DNA of 32,000 nucleotides from Sphingorhabdus sp. (GTDB taxonomy: Bacteria; Pseudomonadota; Alphaproteobacteria; Sphingomonadales; Sphingomonadaceae). The stretch is from NCBI RefSeq assembly GCF_044239665.1, contig NZ_JBIIBA010000014.1:1-32000 (forward strand). Direction: 5' to 3'. A program made the translations under genes and the position numbers. Shown here one piece after another: positions 15,761 through 24,720 of this stretch. The notes beneath the pieces were generated by a model. That model worked only from the letters and a program-made list of their open reading frames with translations, was not told where the DNA came from and ran no database searches. Positions within the stretch are counted from its first letter, which is position 1. Each line of letters opens with the position of its first letter.

Positions 15761-15931
15761 CTAAGCGGTTGCAGGTCCGGTGCTGATAATGTTTCGCGCG
15801 AACGACAGGCATTGGCCGCATTTTGGCTTACGCCCAAGGCGCGCATATACGTCATTCGGACGTTCCGAGGCACAACGCACCGCAGCGCGCAGGTCTTTTT
15901 CCTTGATAGCATTACAGATGCAAACGACCAT
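15761..15931 (-). CDS. bfd: Bacterioferritin-associated ferredoxin (BFD-like 2Fe-2S protein), 56 aa; absent from the supplied ORF track
   Basis: Hand translation gives MVVCICNAIKEKDLRAAVRCGSERPNDVYARLGRKPKCGQCLSFARNIISTGPATA*. It has the CxC...CxxC cysteine pattern and sits directly upstream of bfr. Confidence 0.75.
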   Translation of the reverse strand: MVVCICNAIKEKDLRAAVRCASERPNDVYARLGRKPKCGQCLSFARNIISTGPATA

Positions 15932-15985
15932 GGATCAACTCCTATGGAATCGCCTTACCGTTAATGCGAACTGATTGCAATAGCA

Positions 15986-17215
15986 TTAACGACGCATGGC
16001 CTGTACTTTTCCGCGCGCTAAGCTTCGCCACAGCCATTCCAACGGACCATATTGGAATGTCATCAGCCATGGCTTTGACCACAGCAGCATCACTGCCCAC
16101 GCGCCCAGCACAAACAGCCATAATCCGGCGCGGCCAACATCGCCGTACAAGCCAAAGCCATAACCATAAAAAATGCTGGTCATAACAATGCTTGTGCCCA
16201 GATAGTTGCTGAACGCGGTGCGGCCCGCTGCGGCGACCCGCGTGAGCATCGGATGGTTGCGGTAATGACCGATGAGCAGAATCAAGAGCGCGGCATAGCC
16301 AATCGTCAGCATCAGACGCGGAATGCCGCCCCAGACGTACAGAACCGCAAGCGCGGTGATCCGGTCGAAATCAACGGCGACTATCCAAAGCGCCAGAGAC
16401 AGGGTCAGCAGCAACCCAATCGGCACCAGCCGCAAGGCCCAACGCTTGTAAACGGCCAGTTCCCATTCCCCCGTTACGAAACCGCTTTTTTGCATCGCCA
16501 TGCCGATCATCATCAGCGGCAATGTTTCGCCAATGGATTGCGGCACTAAGGTGAATGGCGTGCTCCACTCGCCAAACTTATCCCATGTAATCGCGGCATA
16601 GCTGCCCCTGTGTAGCGCGAGGTCAGGCGCAATGTTAAAAGCAAGGTCGCCACTCGCCATCAGCTCGCGAAACTGGCGGGCCGTGTCGGCGCTGGCGTCG
16701 GGCTGGGTTGCGACATATTGAAAGACCTGAAGCCCGCCAAATTGTAAGCCCCAGAACACCAGCCCAACCGCAAAAATGATTAAAGCGACCTTGATCAGCT
16801 TTACGGGCGCCCAATCGCGGAAACGAAAGGCGATCATGCCAATAATCGCATATAAAAACAGGATATCCCCGAACCAGATGAAGAAATAATGCGCAAGGCC
16901 GAATAGAGCGAGCCACGCCATGCGGCGATAATGCACTTGCGCGGCGCTCTGGACCTTTGCCTCGGCGCGGGCGATGATGAGCATCATGCTCGCGCCGAAC
17001 AAAAGCGAGAATAGCCCGCGCATTTTGCCGTCAATGAAGATGAAGGAAAATGCCCATGCAATTTGGTCTGCCAACGTGTCGGTGCCATAAGCTGCAGGCG
17101 TAACATAAGCCCATTCTGGCATCGCAAAGCCGATGATGTTCATCGCCAAAATGCCCATCACCGCAAAGCCACGCATCGCGTCCAAGCTGATATGCCGTTG
17201 TTCCGTACCCTGCAT
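15986..17215 (-). CDS. DUF418 (YeiB-like) polytopic membrane protein
   Basis: The N-terminal ISLDAMRGFAVMGILAMN motif and many TM segments; 409 aa. Confidence 0.7.
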   Translation of the reverse strand: MQGTEQRHISLDAMRGFAVMGILAMNIIGFAMPEWAYVTPAAYGTDTLADQIAWAFSFIFIDGKMRGLFSLLFGASMMLIIARAEAKVQSAAQVHYRRMAWLALFGLAHYFFIWFGDILFLYAIIGMIAFRFRDWAPVKLIKVALIIFAVGLVFWGLQFGGLQVFQYVATQPDASADTARQFRELMASGDLAFNIAPDLALHRGSYAAITWDKFGEWSTPFTLVPQSIGETLPLMMIGMAMQKSGFVTGEWELAVYKRWALRLVPIGLLLTLSLALWIVAVDFDRITALAVLYVWGGIPRLMLTIGYAALLILLIGHYRNHPMLTRVAAAGRTAFSNYLGTSIVMTSIFYGYGFGLYGDVGRAGLWLFVLGAWAVMLLWSKPWLMTFQYGPLEWLWRSLARGKVQAMRR

Positions 17216-17342
17216 GCCTTACCCCCTGTGTTACGACATTAATACAGCGATCCTGCATAAGCGTCCAGTGCGTTTAACTTTTCTTATTGACACTGATGTA
17301 GGTAGTTTTTACCTATATCCCATCATTTTTGGTGGATTCGTT

Positions 17343-18119
17343 ATGACTGAACTGCACTTTTCGCACCCTGACCGCCCCTTTGCAAAAATGCAGCCGTTGA
17401 AGGCGTGGCGTCATTTTCGTAAGCTGATTGCCAACAAAGAAGACACAGAGCAGGTCTTTCACATCATTGCAGCCTTAAGCGGTAGCAAATTTAGAAAGAT
17501 GGCGCGGAAATTTTGGGAAACACCCAAGGGCAGAGCGTTGCTCGAAAGCAATGAGCGCCTGATTGACATGCTCGATGATCATGACAGCATCAAGAAGCTT
17601 CCAGAAGGTACGGTTGGCCGTGCTTATGTGGATTTCATGGAGCGCGAAGGCCTTAGCGCTGCGGGTCTTGAGGCGGAATATGCCCAGTTCCAAACATCCT
17701 ATCCCATGTTCGGCGATGTGGTTGAACGCTATGGTGACCGCTTGCGCGACACCCATGACATGCTGCACATCCTCACCGGCTATGGCCGCGATGCGCTGGG
17801 CGAACAATGCGTGCTTGGCTTTACCTATGCGCAAAATCACAATCTGGGCGTCGGCTTCATTGCCTATGCCGGCGGATTGGAACTGAAATATCGCGTGGCG
17901 AAAGCAGCGCCGATTATGAAGGCTGTCCACGAAGGCTATCGTATCGGCAAAGCGGCGAAGAACATCGTTCAGGAAGATATCGCAGCCTTGTTGCGCGAGC
18001 CTTTAGTCGATGCCCGTAAGCGCTTGGGGATTGCCGAACCAGTGACCTACAAAGCGGCCCATGCCGCGATGCGGTCGGAAGGTATTGACCCGTATAATTT
18101 GCTGGCTGCGACGGCTTAA
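17343..18119 (+). CDS. Coq4-family protein (258 aa)
   Basis: The HDxxH-x11-E motif is present as HDMLHILTGYGRDALGE (nt 17754-17804). ATG 17343 is preferred, because the ORF-track start at 17133 overlaps the divergent DUF418 gene. Confidence 0.65.
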   Translation: MTELHFSHPDRPFAKMQPLKAWRHFRKLIANKEDTEQVFHIIAALSGSKFRKMARKFWETPKGRALLESNERLIDMLDDHDSIKKLPEGTVGRAYVDFMEREGLSAAGLEAEYAQFQTSYPMFGDVVERYGDRLRDTHDMLHILTGYGRDALGEQCVLGFTYAQNHNLGVGFIAYAGGLELKYRVAKAAPIMKAVHEGYRIGKAAKNIVQEDIAALLREPLVDARKRLGIAEPVTYKAAHAAMRSEGIDPYNLLAATA

Positions 18120-18167
18120 ACCTGAGACGCGCATTCCCGTTCGTCTCGATTGGAGAGGAGAGGCTCT

Positions 18168-20366
18168 TTAGCTTTCCATCCAGTCCTTGAAGAAGCTGTC
18201 ATGCGCAGCGCGCAGTGTCGCAATCGGCACGTCAAAGCCCGGCCCTGCGACCGATGCGCCGCCAACCGTGCCTATCCGCGTCATCGGAATGCCTGCGGCC
18301 TGAATTTGGTCCGCAGCGGCTCTGGTCACAACATAACGCGCCTGATCCTCACCAAAAGCGGTGAAGGCGTCGCCGATTTCTTCGAGCGCACATCCCTTAT
18401 TACTGGCCAACGCCATTTCGGTCAGCGCAACAAGCAATCCGCCATCGGCGACATCATGCACGGCGTTCACCTTGCCATCGTGAATGAGTTGGCGCACAAA
18501 TTCGGCATGCGCCCGTTCCTGCGCCAAGTCGACAGGCGGCGGCGCCCCGTCTTCGCGGCCATGCAATTCGCGCAGCCATAAGGACTGGCCAAGATGCCCG
18601 TTGCTATCGCCGATCACAAAAATGCCGTCGCCTTCGTTCTTAAACGCGATTGTCGCCATCTTGCTGACATCTTCCATTATGCCAACGCCGCCAATGGCGG
18701 GCGTTGGTAAAATCGCGCTGCCGCCGCCTGTGGCCTTGCTTTCATTATATAAGGACACATTGCCGGACACGATCGGGTAATCGAGCGCGCGGCAAGCATC
18801 GCCCATGCCTTCGAGGCAACCCACAATCTGCGCCATGATTTCGGGGCGCTGCGGGTTGGCAAAGTTCAGGCAGTTGGTAATCGCCAGCGGCGTTGCGCCA
18901 ACGGCGCTGATGTTGCGATAGGTTTCGGCCACCGCCTGCTTGCCACCTTCATACGGGTCGGCATAGCAATAACGCGGCGTGCAATCGGTGCTCATCGCCA
19001 GCGCGCGGTTGGTACCGTGGATGCGCACGACCGCTGCATCCCCGCCCGAAAGCTGCGCCGTGTCGCCGCCTACTTGGCTATCATATTGTTGCCATATCCA
19101 TGCGCGGCTTGCGAGGTCAGGGCTAGCCATCAGCTTCAACAAATCCGCGCCGATGTCGTTACTCGCAGGAACGTCGCCCAGCGGCTGAACCTTGGCCCAT
19201 GCCTTATAGTCTTCCTTCGACGCAGCGGGACGATCGTACAAAGGCGCGTCTTCGGCGAGCGGGCCGAGCGGGATATCGCAGACCACTTCGCCCTTCCACG
19301 TCAGCACCATATGGCCGGTGTCCGTGACTTTGCCGATGACCGCGAAATCCAGTTCCCATTTGTCAAAAATCGCCTTGGCAAATTCTTCACGGCCGGGCTT
19401 CAGCACCATGAGCATGCGCTCCTGGCTTTCGGACAGCATCATTTCATAAGGCGTCATGCCCTGCTCGCGGCACGGCACCTTGTCCATGTCGAGGAGGATG
19501 CCCGCTTTGCCATTGGTCGCCATTTCGACGCTGGAGCTGGTTAAGCCCGCCGCGCCCATGTCCTGAATCGCAACGATTGCGTCCGACGCCATCAGTTCAA
19601 GGCACGCCTCAATCAGCAGTTTTTCCGTGAACGGGTCGCCAACTTGAACCGTGGGGCGCTTCTCTTCAATATCTGCGCCGAAATCGGCAGACGCCATGGT
19701 CGCGCCATGAATGCCATCACGGCCCGTCTTTGAACCGACATAGACGATGGGATTACCAAGGCCCGTTGCGGCGGAATAAAAAATCTTATCTTGGTCTGCA
19801 ACGCCAACGGTCATCGCGTTCACAAGGATATTGCCATCATAAGCCGGATGGAAATTGGTCTCACCGCCCACGGTCGGCACGCCAACGCAATTGCCATAGC
19901 CGCCAATGCCGGCAACAACGCCCTGCACCAGATGCTTCATCTTCGGATGGTCAGGCCGCCCGAAACGCAGCGCATTCATATTGGCCACGGGCCGTGCGCC
20001 CATGGTGAACACATCGCGCAATATGCCGCCCACGCCCGTTGCCGCGCCTTGATAGGGTTCGATATAAGATGGGTGATTATGCGATTCCATCTTGAAGATT
20101 GCGGCAAGCTTGGTGCCATTTGGACCGTCGCCAATGTCGATAACGCCCGCATTTTCGCCGGGGCCGCAAATGACCCAAGGGGCCTCAGTCGGCAATTTCT
20201 TCAAATGGATACGTGAGGATTTATAAGAGCAATGCTCCGACCACATCACCGAGAATATCCCAAGCTCTATCAAATTGGGTTCGCGCCCCATAGCGTGCAA
20301 GATGCGCGCATATTCTTCTTCGTTTAGACCATGGTCGGCGACAATTTGGGGCGTAATTTCGGACAT
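18168..20366 (-). CDS. purL: Phosphoribosylformylglycinamidine synthase subunit PurL
   Basis: [22 protein letters not shown] and the duplicated AIR-synthase-like domains; 732 aa. Confidence 0.95.
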   Translation of the reverse strand: MSEITPQIVADHGLNEEEYARILHAMGREPNLIELGIFSVMWSEHCSYKSSRIHLKKLPTEAPWVICGPGENAGVIDIGDGPNGTKLAAIFKMESHNHPSYIEPYQGAATGVGGILRDVFTMGARPVANMNALRFGRPDHPKMKHLVQGVVAGIGGYGNCVGVPTVGGETNFHPAYDGNILVNAMTVGVADQDKIFYSAATGLGNPIVYVGSKTGRDGIHGATMASADFGADIEEKRPTVQVGDPFTEKLLIEACLELMASDAIVAIQDMGAAGLTSSSVEMATNGKAGILLDMDKVPCREQGMTPYEMMLSESQERMLMVLKPGREEFAKAIFDKWELDFAVIGKVTDTGHMVLTWKGEVVCDIPLGPLAEDAPLYDRPAASKEDYKAWAKVQPLGDVPASNDIGADLLKLMASPDLASRAWIWQQYDSQVGGDTAQLSGGDAAVVRIHGTNRALAMSTDCTPRYCYADPYEGGKQAVAETYRNISAVGATPLAITNCLNFANPQRPEIMAQIVGCLEGMGDACRALDYPIVSGNVSLYNESKATGGGSAILPTPAIGGVGIMEDVSKMATIAFKNEGDGIFVIGDSNGHLGQSLWLRELHGREDGAPPPVDLAQERAHAEFVRQLIHDGKVNAVHDVADGGLLVALTEMALASNKGCALEEIGDAFTAFGEDQARYVVTRAAADQIQAAGIPMTRIGTVGGASVAGPGFDVPIATLRAAHDSFFKDWMES

Positions 20367-20480
20367 GAGAGGGCTTTAGCGAGACCGCTTACGTTTATCC
20401 AGCCTGTTTGATTTTGATTACGTGCGAATTGCCCAATCCCATGCGCCACGCGCGCAGCCGAGAGGCCGGAAAGGGGCCAG

Positions 20481-20519
20481 CACAAAATAAATGGGCGCTG
20501 GCATCGCTACCAGCGCCCA
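20481..20519 (-). terminator. Rho-independent terminator-like hairpin on the minus strand, about 115 nt upstream of the purL start
   Basis: gggcgctgg (20494-20502) pairs with ccagcgccc (20511-20519). On the minus strand it is followed by atttattttgtgc. Confidence 0.5.
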
Positions 20520-20868
20520 CTGCGTCTGACTTTCGAAGTCCATGGCCACAAGGGCCATTTTTTCTCCGTCTGACGTCCGGTTCCCCAACGTCACCCGAAG
20601 GTTTCCTTGGTTCACCTTGGTACCTTGGGTATCCTATCCGGCGTTGCGTCACTTGCGTGATGCCGCACTCGATATTCGTTTTCTTCGTACCCACCATCTT
20701 CACTGCATTTCCTGTCTTGCGACGGGTTGCCTGTGCATTTGGCGATCCTGCAGTCTGTCTCCTCCGCTCCGCCTGCCCGTTTCCGGTCTGGCTTTGCATC
20801 GAAGCGTTCCTGCCTGATGCCTTGAAGGTCTCATGACTTTCGAGTCGTTCAAAGCATGATTTGCGGAG

Positions 20869-20877
20869 TTATCCACA
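20869..20877 (+). promoter_or_regulatory. Perfect consensus DnaA box TTATCCACA, with an imperfect inverted partner at 20890-20901
   Basis: Exact 9-mer match. The partner tgtggtggacaa reads TTGTCCACC on the opposite strand. Confidence 0.4.
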
Positions 20878-21172
20878 GCGCGCGCACTTTGTGGTGGACA
20901 AAATGGAGGATAAGTTTGGAGCCCAAAACGATACGGCCCCCACGCAGTGCATGGAGGCCGTAAAAATTGTCCGGGGGCGAGGGGGGAGAGGAGGGGAGAG
21001 CCGCCCGGTCAATAAGAGTTTCGACAATCGCTTGCCGTTGCAGATCAAATAGGGTCGCGATGAAAATGCTGCAATTGCGAAAACAATGGGGCCAGTTGCG
21101 TGTTTTGCAACTAGCCCTATTTCTGTTGGAAACGCGTTGATTTCGTTCCCAAATTATCACAAAAATTAGCAG

Positions 21173-21967
21173 TTAAGGCGCGATTCCATTGCCCGGCAGC
21201 GACGCATTTACGATACCGCCATCGCACGCAATGGTCTCACCCACGATATAATCGCCAGCCCGCGCCGCAAGGAAGATAGCCAGACCAGCCATATCCTCTG
21301 GCGTTCCGATTCGTGGGAACGGGATATTCTTGCCCACCGCTTCTGCATGGTCGCGGGCATCCTTATTCATGTCCGACTGAAATGCGCCCGGCGCAATGCC
21401 CGAAACCAAGATATTGTCTTTGACCAGTTCAGCCGCCAAGCGGCGAGTCAAATGGATCACGGCAGCTTTCGATGCCTGATAGCTGTAGGTCTGCCACGGG
21501 TTGATACGCAAGCCGTCGATAGACGCAATGTTGATGACCTTGCCTGGGCGGTCAAAGGTGGCGGCTGCTTTCAACTGCGGGTGCAAGGCTTGCGTCAAAA
21601 AGAATAAGGATTTGACGTTCAGATCCATCACACGGTCCCAGCCGCTTTCTGGAAACTGACCAAATTCCGCGCCCCATGCGGCCCCGGCATTATTGACCAA
21701 AATGTCCAACTTCTCCTCACGCGCCGCGATTTGTTCAGCGAGTGAGAGGCAGCCGTCTACGGTCGAAAGGTCGCAAGGCAGGCCGATGACCTGATCGCCG
21801 AATTCGGCGACGGTTTCCTCAATCTGACCGACCTTACGGGCGCTGATATACACGCGCGCTGCGCCAGCCTTGAGATAGCCTTCGACGATCATCTTGCCGA
21901 TGCCGCGCGATCCGCCGGTGACTAAGGCTACGCGGCCCTTGAGGTTGAATAATGTGTTGATGTCCAT
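21173..21967 (-). CDS. SDR-family oxidoreductase (264 aa)
   Basis: TGGSRGIG Rossmann motif, NNAG and YxxxK (YQASK). The start at 21967 has an aggaga RBS; the ORF-track extension into the REP palindrome is rejected. Confidence 0.85.
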   Translation of the reverse strand: MDINTLFNLKGRVALVTGGSRGIGKMIVEGYLKAGAARVYISARKVGQIEETVAEFGDQVIGLPCDLSTVDGCLSLAEQIAAREEKLDILVNNAGAAWGAEFGQFPESGWDRVMDLNVKSLFFLTQALHPQLKAAATFDRPGKVINIASIDGLRINPWQTYSYQASKAAVIHLTRRLAAELVKDNILVSGIAPGAFQSDMNKDARDHAEAVGKNIPFPRIGTPEDMAGLAIFLAARAGDYIVGETIACDGGIVNASLPGNGIAP

Positions 21968-21985
21968 GGGTCTCTCCTGACAGTT

Positions 21986-22089
21986 CCCCTCCCGCAGGCG
22001 GGAGGGGTTAGGGGTGGGGCTCGCCACAGGCGAGCGGGCTAAGAAGAAGGCGACAGCCCTCCCCAGGCCCCTCCCGCATGCGGGAGGGG
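21986..22089. repeat. GC-rich intergenic palindromes (REP-like): cccctcccgcaggcgggagggg, gctcgccacaggcgagc and cccctcccgcatgcgggagggg
   Basis: Three hairpins at 21986-22007, 22019-22035 and 22068-22089, lying between two convergently ordered minus-strand genes. Confidence 0.6.
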
Positions 22090-22096
22090 AGAATGC

Positions 22097-23233
22097 TCAA
22101 TAACCGTTCATCGTCGCCACGCGGTCTGCGTGGTAATAAGCGTCGCCGAAAAATTCGTTCAAGCTGCGGTCACGCTTCATATATAGGCCGATGTCATATT
22201 CGTCGGTCATGCCGATACCGCCATGCATTTGCACGCCTTCTCGCACCGAAAGATTGCAGGCAAGTCCGGCTTTCGCCTTGGCTGCCGCGACATATAGTTC
22301 GGCCTTAGCATGGCCTTCGTCCATTAAGGATTGCGCCTTCAGTACAATCGAACGCGCGCCTTCCATTTCGCCATATAAATGCGCGGCGCGGTGTTGAAGC
22401 GCCTGAAATTCGCCAATGACGCGGTCGAATTGCTTGCGCGTTTTGAGATATTCAAAGGTCATGTCCATCGCGCCTGTGCCCACGCCTACCATTTCAGCAG
22501 CAGCGCCCACCCGTCCGGCATCAAGCATCTTGGACAGCACCGCCCAACCGCCATCGACTTCGCCAATCACGGCGTCGGCATCCACCTGAACACCGTCAAG
22601 TTTTACATGCGCAGCAACGGCAGAATCAACAAGCCTTGCTGCCTCCATCGACAGGCCGGCGGCATCCTTGTCCACCGCGAACAAGGTCAGACCATCGGTT
22701 TCACCTGCCGCGCCAGCCGTGCGCGCCGCGACGATCAGCATGTCCGATGACGCGCCTTGCACGACAAATTGCTTTTGCCCCGTCAGCTTAAAGCCATTGC
22801 CGCTGCGTTCCGCAACGCAGGCGATTTTCTCCGGACGGTGCTTGACGCCTTCTTCAATCGCGATGCCGATCACGGTTTCGCCAGCCAATATGCCGGGGAA
22901 CCAGCGGTCGCGCATCGCCTTATCCGCCAGCTTCAACGCCTCAACCGCCGCAACTGACGTGGTCAGGAAAGGCGATGGTGACAGGTTGCGGCCGATTTCT
23001 TCAAGGACAATGCCAGCCTCAATCTGGCCCATGCCCATGCCGCCATCGGCTTCGGGGATGAGGATGCCCGTAAAGCCCATTTCGGCAAATTGCTTCCACA
23101 AGCCATGGCTGAAACCGTCCTTGCAGCCCATGTCGCGAAACTTGCGGAAATGGGTGACGGGCGCTTCGCTCGCCATGAAATCCCGCGCGGTGTCGCGCAG
23201 CATATTCTGGTCGTCGTTTAAGGTCATTGCCAT
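22097..23233 (-). CDS. Acyl-CoA dehydrogenase family protein (378 aa)
   Basis: ACAD three-domain layout. The C-terminal GGIGMTDEYDIGLYMKR is typical. RBS agagagg lies 7 nt upstream. Confidence 0.85.
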   Translation of the reverse strand: MAMTLNDDQNMLRDTARDFMASEAPVTHFRKFRDMGCKDGFSHGLWKQFAEMGFTGILIPEADGGMGMGQIEAGIVLEEIGRNLSPSPFLTTSVAAVEALKLADKAMRDRWFPGILAGETVIGIAIEEGVKHRPEKIACVAERSGNGFKLTGQKQFVVQGASSDMLIVAARTAGAAGETDGLTLFAVDKDAAGLSMEAARLVDSAVAAHVKLDGVQVDADAVIGEVDGGWAVLSKMLDAGRVGAAAEMVGVGTGAMDMTFEYLKTRKQFDRVIGEFQALQHRAAHLYGEMEGARSIVLKAQSLMDEGHAKAELYVAAAKAKAGLACNLSVREGVQMHGGIGMTDEYDIGLYMKRDRSLNEFFGDAYYHADRVATMNGY

Positions 23234-23261
23234 ATTAAAGCCTCTCTAAATTTATCTCGTC

Positions 23262-23335
23262 ATTCCCGCGCAGGCGAGAATCCAACTCCTGCGCCGTAGT
23301 TTTAGCTGTCAGGAGTGGGCCCCGCTTGCGCGGGG
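23262..23335. repeat. Intergenic palindromic repeats (attcccgcgcaggcgagaat type and ccccgcttgcgcgggg)
   Basis: Hairpins lie at 23262-23281, 23285-23316 and 23320-23335. The cattcccgcgcaggcg-gaat motif is a recurrent alphaproteobacterial intergenic repeat (from memory). Confidence 0.5.
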
Positions 23336-23348
23336 GTAACGGTCGTGT

Positions 23349-24509
23349 TTAACCGCCCGGCATCTCAAGGATGCGCTTAGACACGACGTTCAACATCACT
23401 TCGCTGGTGCCGCCCTCAATTGAGTTCGCCTTGGTCCGCAGCCAATTGCGTGCCTTTGACCCGCCATTGGCGCGTTCGCTTTCCCACTCAAGCGCTTGGC
23501 TGCCGCCAATCGACATCACCAGTTCATTGCGTTTCTTGTTCAATTCGGTGCCGACATATTTCATCAGGTTGGAATAAGCTGGGTGCGCCTTGCCCGTTTT
23601 CCATTCGTCCATGAAACGTTCGCCATGCGCACGGAAGGTCAGGTTATCAACATCGAACAAGGCCATTTGCGCGCGCAGCACAGGCTCTTGCGACAAGGTC
23701 GCCTTCATCGCCGCGCCGATCGAGGTCACGCCGCCATCGCCGCCCATGCCCGAGATCATTTCGCGTTCATGGCCCAACAGATATTTCGCCACATCCCAGC
23801 CGCGATTGATTTCGCCAACGATTTGATGCTTCGGCACAACAACATTGTCGAAAAATGTCTCGCAGAAAGGCGAATTGCCAGAGATCAGCTTGATCGGCTT
23901 GGTCGTAACACCCGGCGTTTCCATGTCGAACAACAAGAAGCTGATTCCTTGATATTTGTTCGTCTTGTCGGTGCGGACCAAACAGAAAATCCAATCAGCC
24001 TTGTCCGCATAAGAGGTCCAGATTTTCTGGCCATTGACGACCCAATGATCGCCTTTATCTTCGCCAAAGGTTTGCATCGACACAAGGTCACTGCCCGAGC
24101 CCGGTTCGGAATAGCCCTGACACCAACGGATTTCACCGCGGGCGATTTGGCCCATATAATGTACTTTTTGTTCTTCCGTGCCGAATTTCAGCAAGGCTGG
24201 TCCAAGCATCCAGATGCCGAAGCTGTTGAGCGGCGAGCGGCAACCCAGCTTTGCCATTTCCTGACGCAGTATTTTTGTTTCCTGCGGGGAAAGGCCAGCG
24301 CCGCCATAAGCCTTGGGCCAATCGGGCACGGTGTAGCCCTTGGCGACGCAAGCTTCGAGCCACAATTTTTGCGCTTCGGATTGGAACACGAAGTTGCGCC
24401 CACCCCAGCAGACGTCTTCGTCACCCTTGGCCGGTGTGCGCATTTCGGCGGGGCAGTTTTCCTCCAGCCAAGCGCGCGCCTCGGCGCGGAATGTTTCAAG
24501 GTCGGACAT
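23349..24509 (-). CDS. Acyl-CoA dehydrogenase family protein (386 aa)
   Basis: MSDLETFRAEARAWLEEN..., GYSEPGSGSDL, WTSYA. The start at 24509 has an aggaga RBS. Confidence 0.85.
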   Translation of the reverse strand: MSDLETFRAEARAWLEENCPAEMRTPAKGDEDVCWGGRNFVFQSEAQKLWLEACVAKGYTVPDWPKAYGGAGLSPQETKILRQEMAKLGCRSPLNSFGIWMLGPALLKFGTEEQKVHYMGQIARGEIRWCQGYSEPGSGSDLVSMQTFGEDKGDHWVVNGQKIWTSYADKADWIFCLVRTDKTNKYQGISFLLFDMETPGVTTKPIKLISGNSPFCETFFDNVVVPKHQIVGEINRGWDVAKYLLGHEREMISGMGGDGGVTSIGAAMKATLSQEPVLRAQMALFDVDNLTFRAHGERFMDEWKTGKAHPAYSNLMKYVGTELNKKRNELVMSIGGSQALEWESERANGGSKARNWLRTKANSIEGGTSEVMLNVVSKRILEMPGG

Positions 24510-24720
24510 GACGATCTCCTGTTTAATTGCGTGATGAATTTTTGGGCGGTCACGCACCGAAACGCAAGTCTTTATCGGTGAGCGATGCATGCCGTAACGT
24601 CATTTGCATCTCGATTGACAGACGAGGTCGCGGCCCTAGCATATGCGCGGGATATAGGAGAGAAACATCGTGCGATTCGCCGGAAAACACGCCTTTTCGC
24701 ATTTTGTGATTTAAGCCGAC

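Noticed and set aside
20395-20836. ORFs of 65-142 aa on both strands upstream of purL (20395-20799 -, 20408-20836 +, 20418-20615 -, 20542-20817 +)
   Set aside because: They use many codons that are rare in the neighbouring genes (aga, agg, ata, cga, gga). They read straight through the terminator-like hairpin and have implausible, highly basic or Cys-rich sequences. They are more likely non-coding.
20869-20901. The consensus DnaA box as a marker of the chromosomal origin (oriC)
   Set aside because: There is only one perfect box plus one imperfect partner. There is no cluster of boxes, no adjacent AT-rich unwinding element and no origin-linked genes (dnaA, hemE, parAB) nearby. It is more likely a DnaA-titrating or regulatory site, or a chance occurrence.
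23496-24581. Long antisense ORFs inside GC-rich genes (for example 23496-24581 +, 26706-27398 -, 27557-28303 -, 29513-30055 -, 30493-30969 -, 17475-17930 -, 19017-19544 +)
   Set aside because: These are shadow ORFs, typical of GC-rich DNA opposite genuine genes with clear family signatures. Their translations are Arg/Ala/His-rich without motifs.
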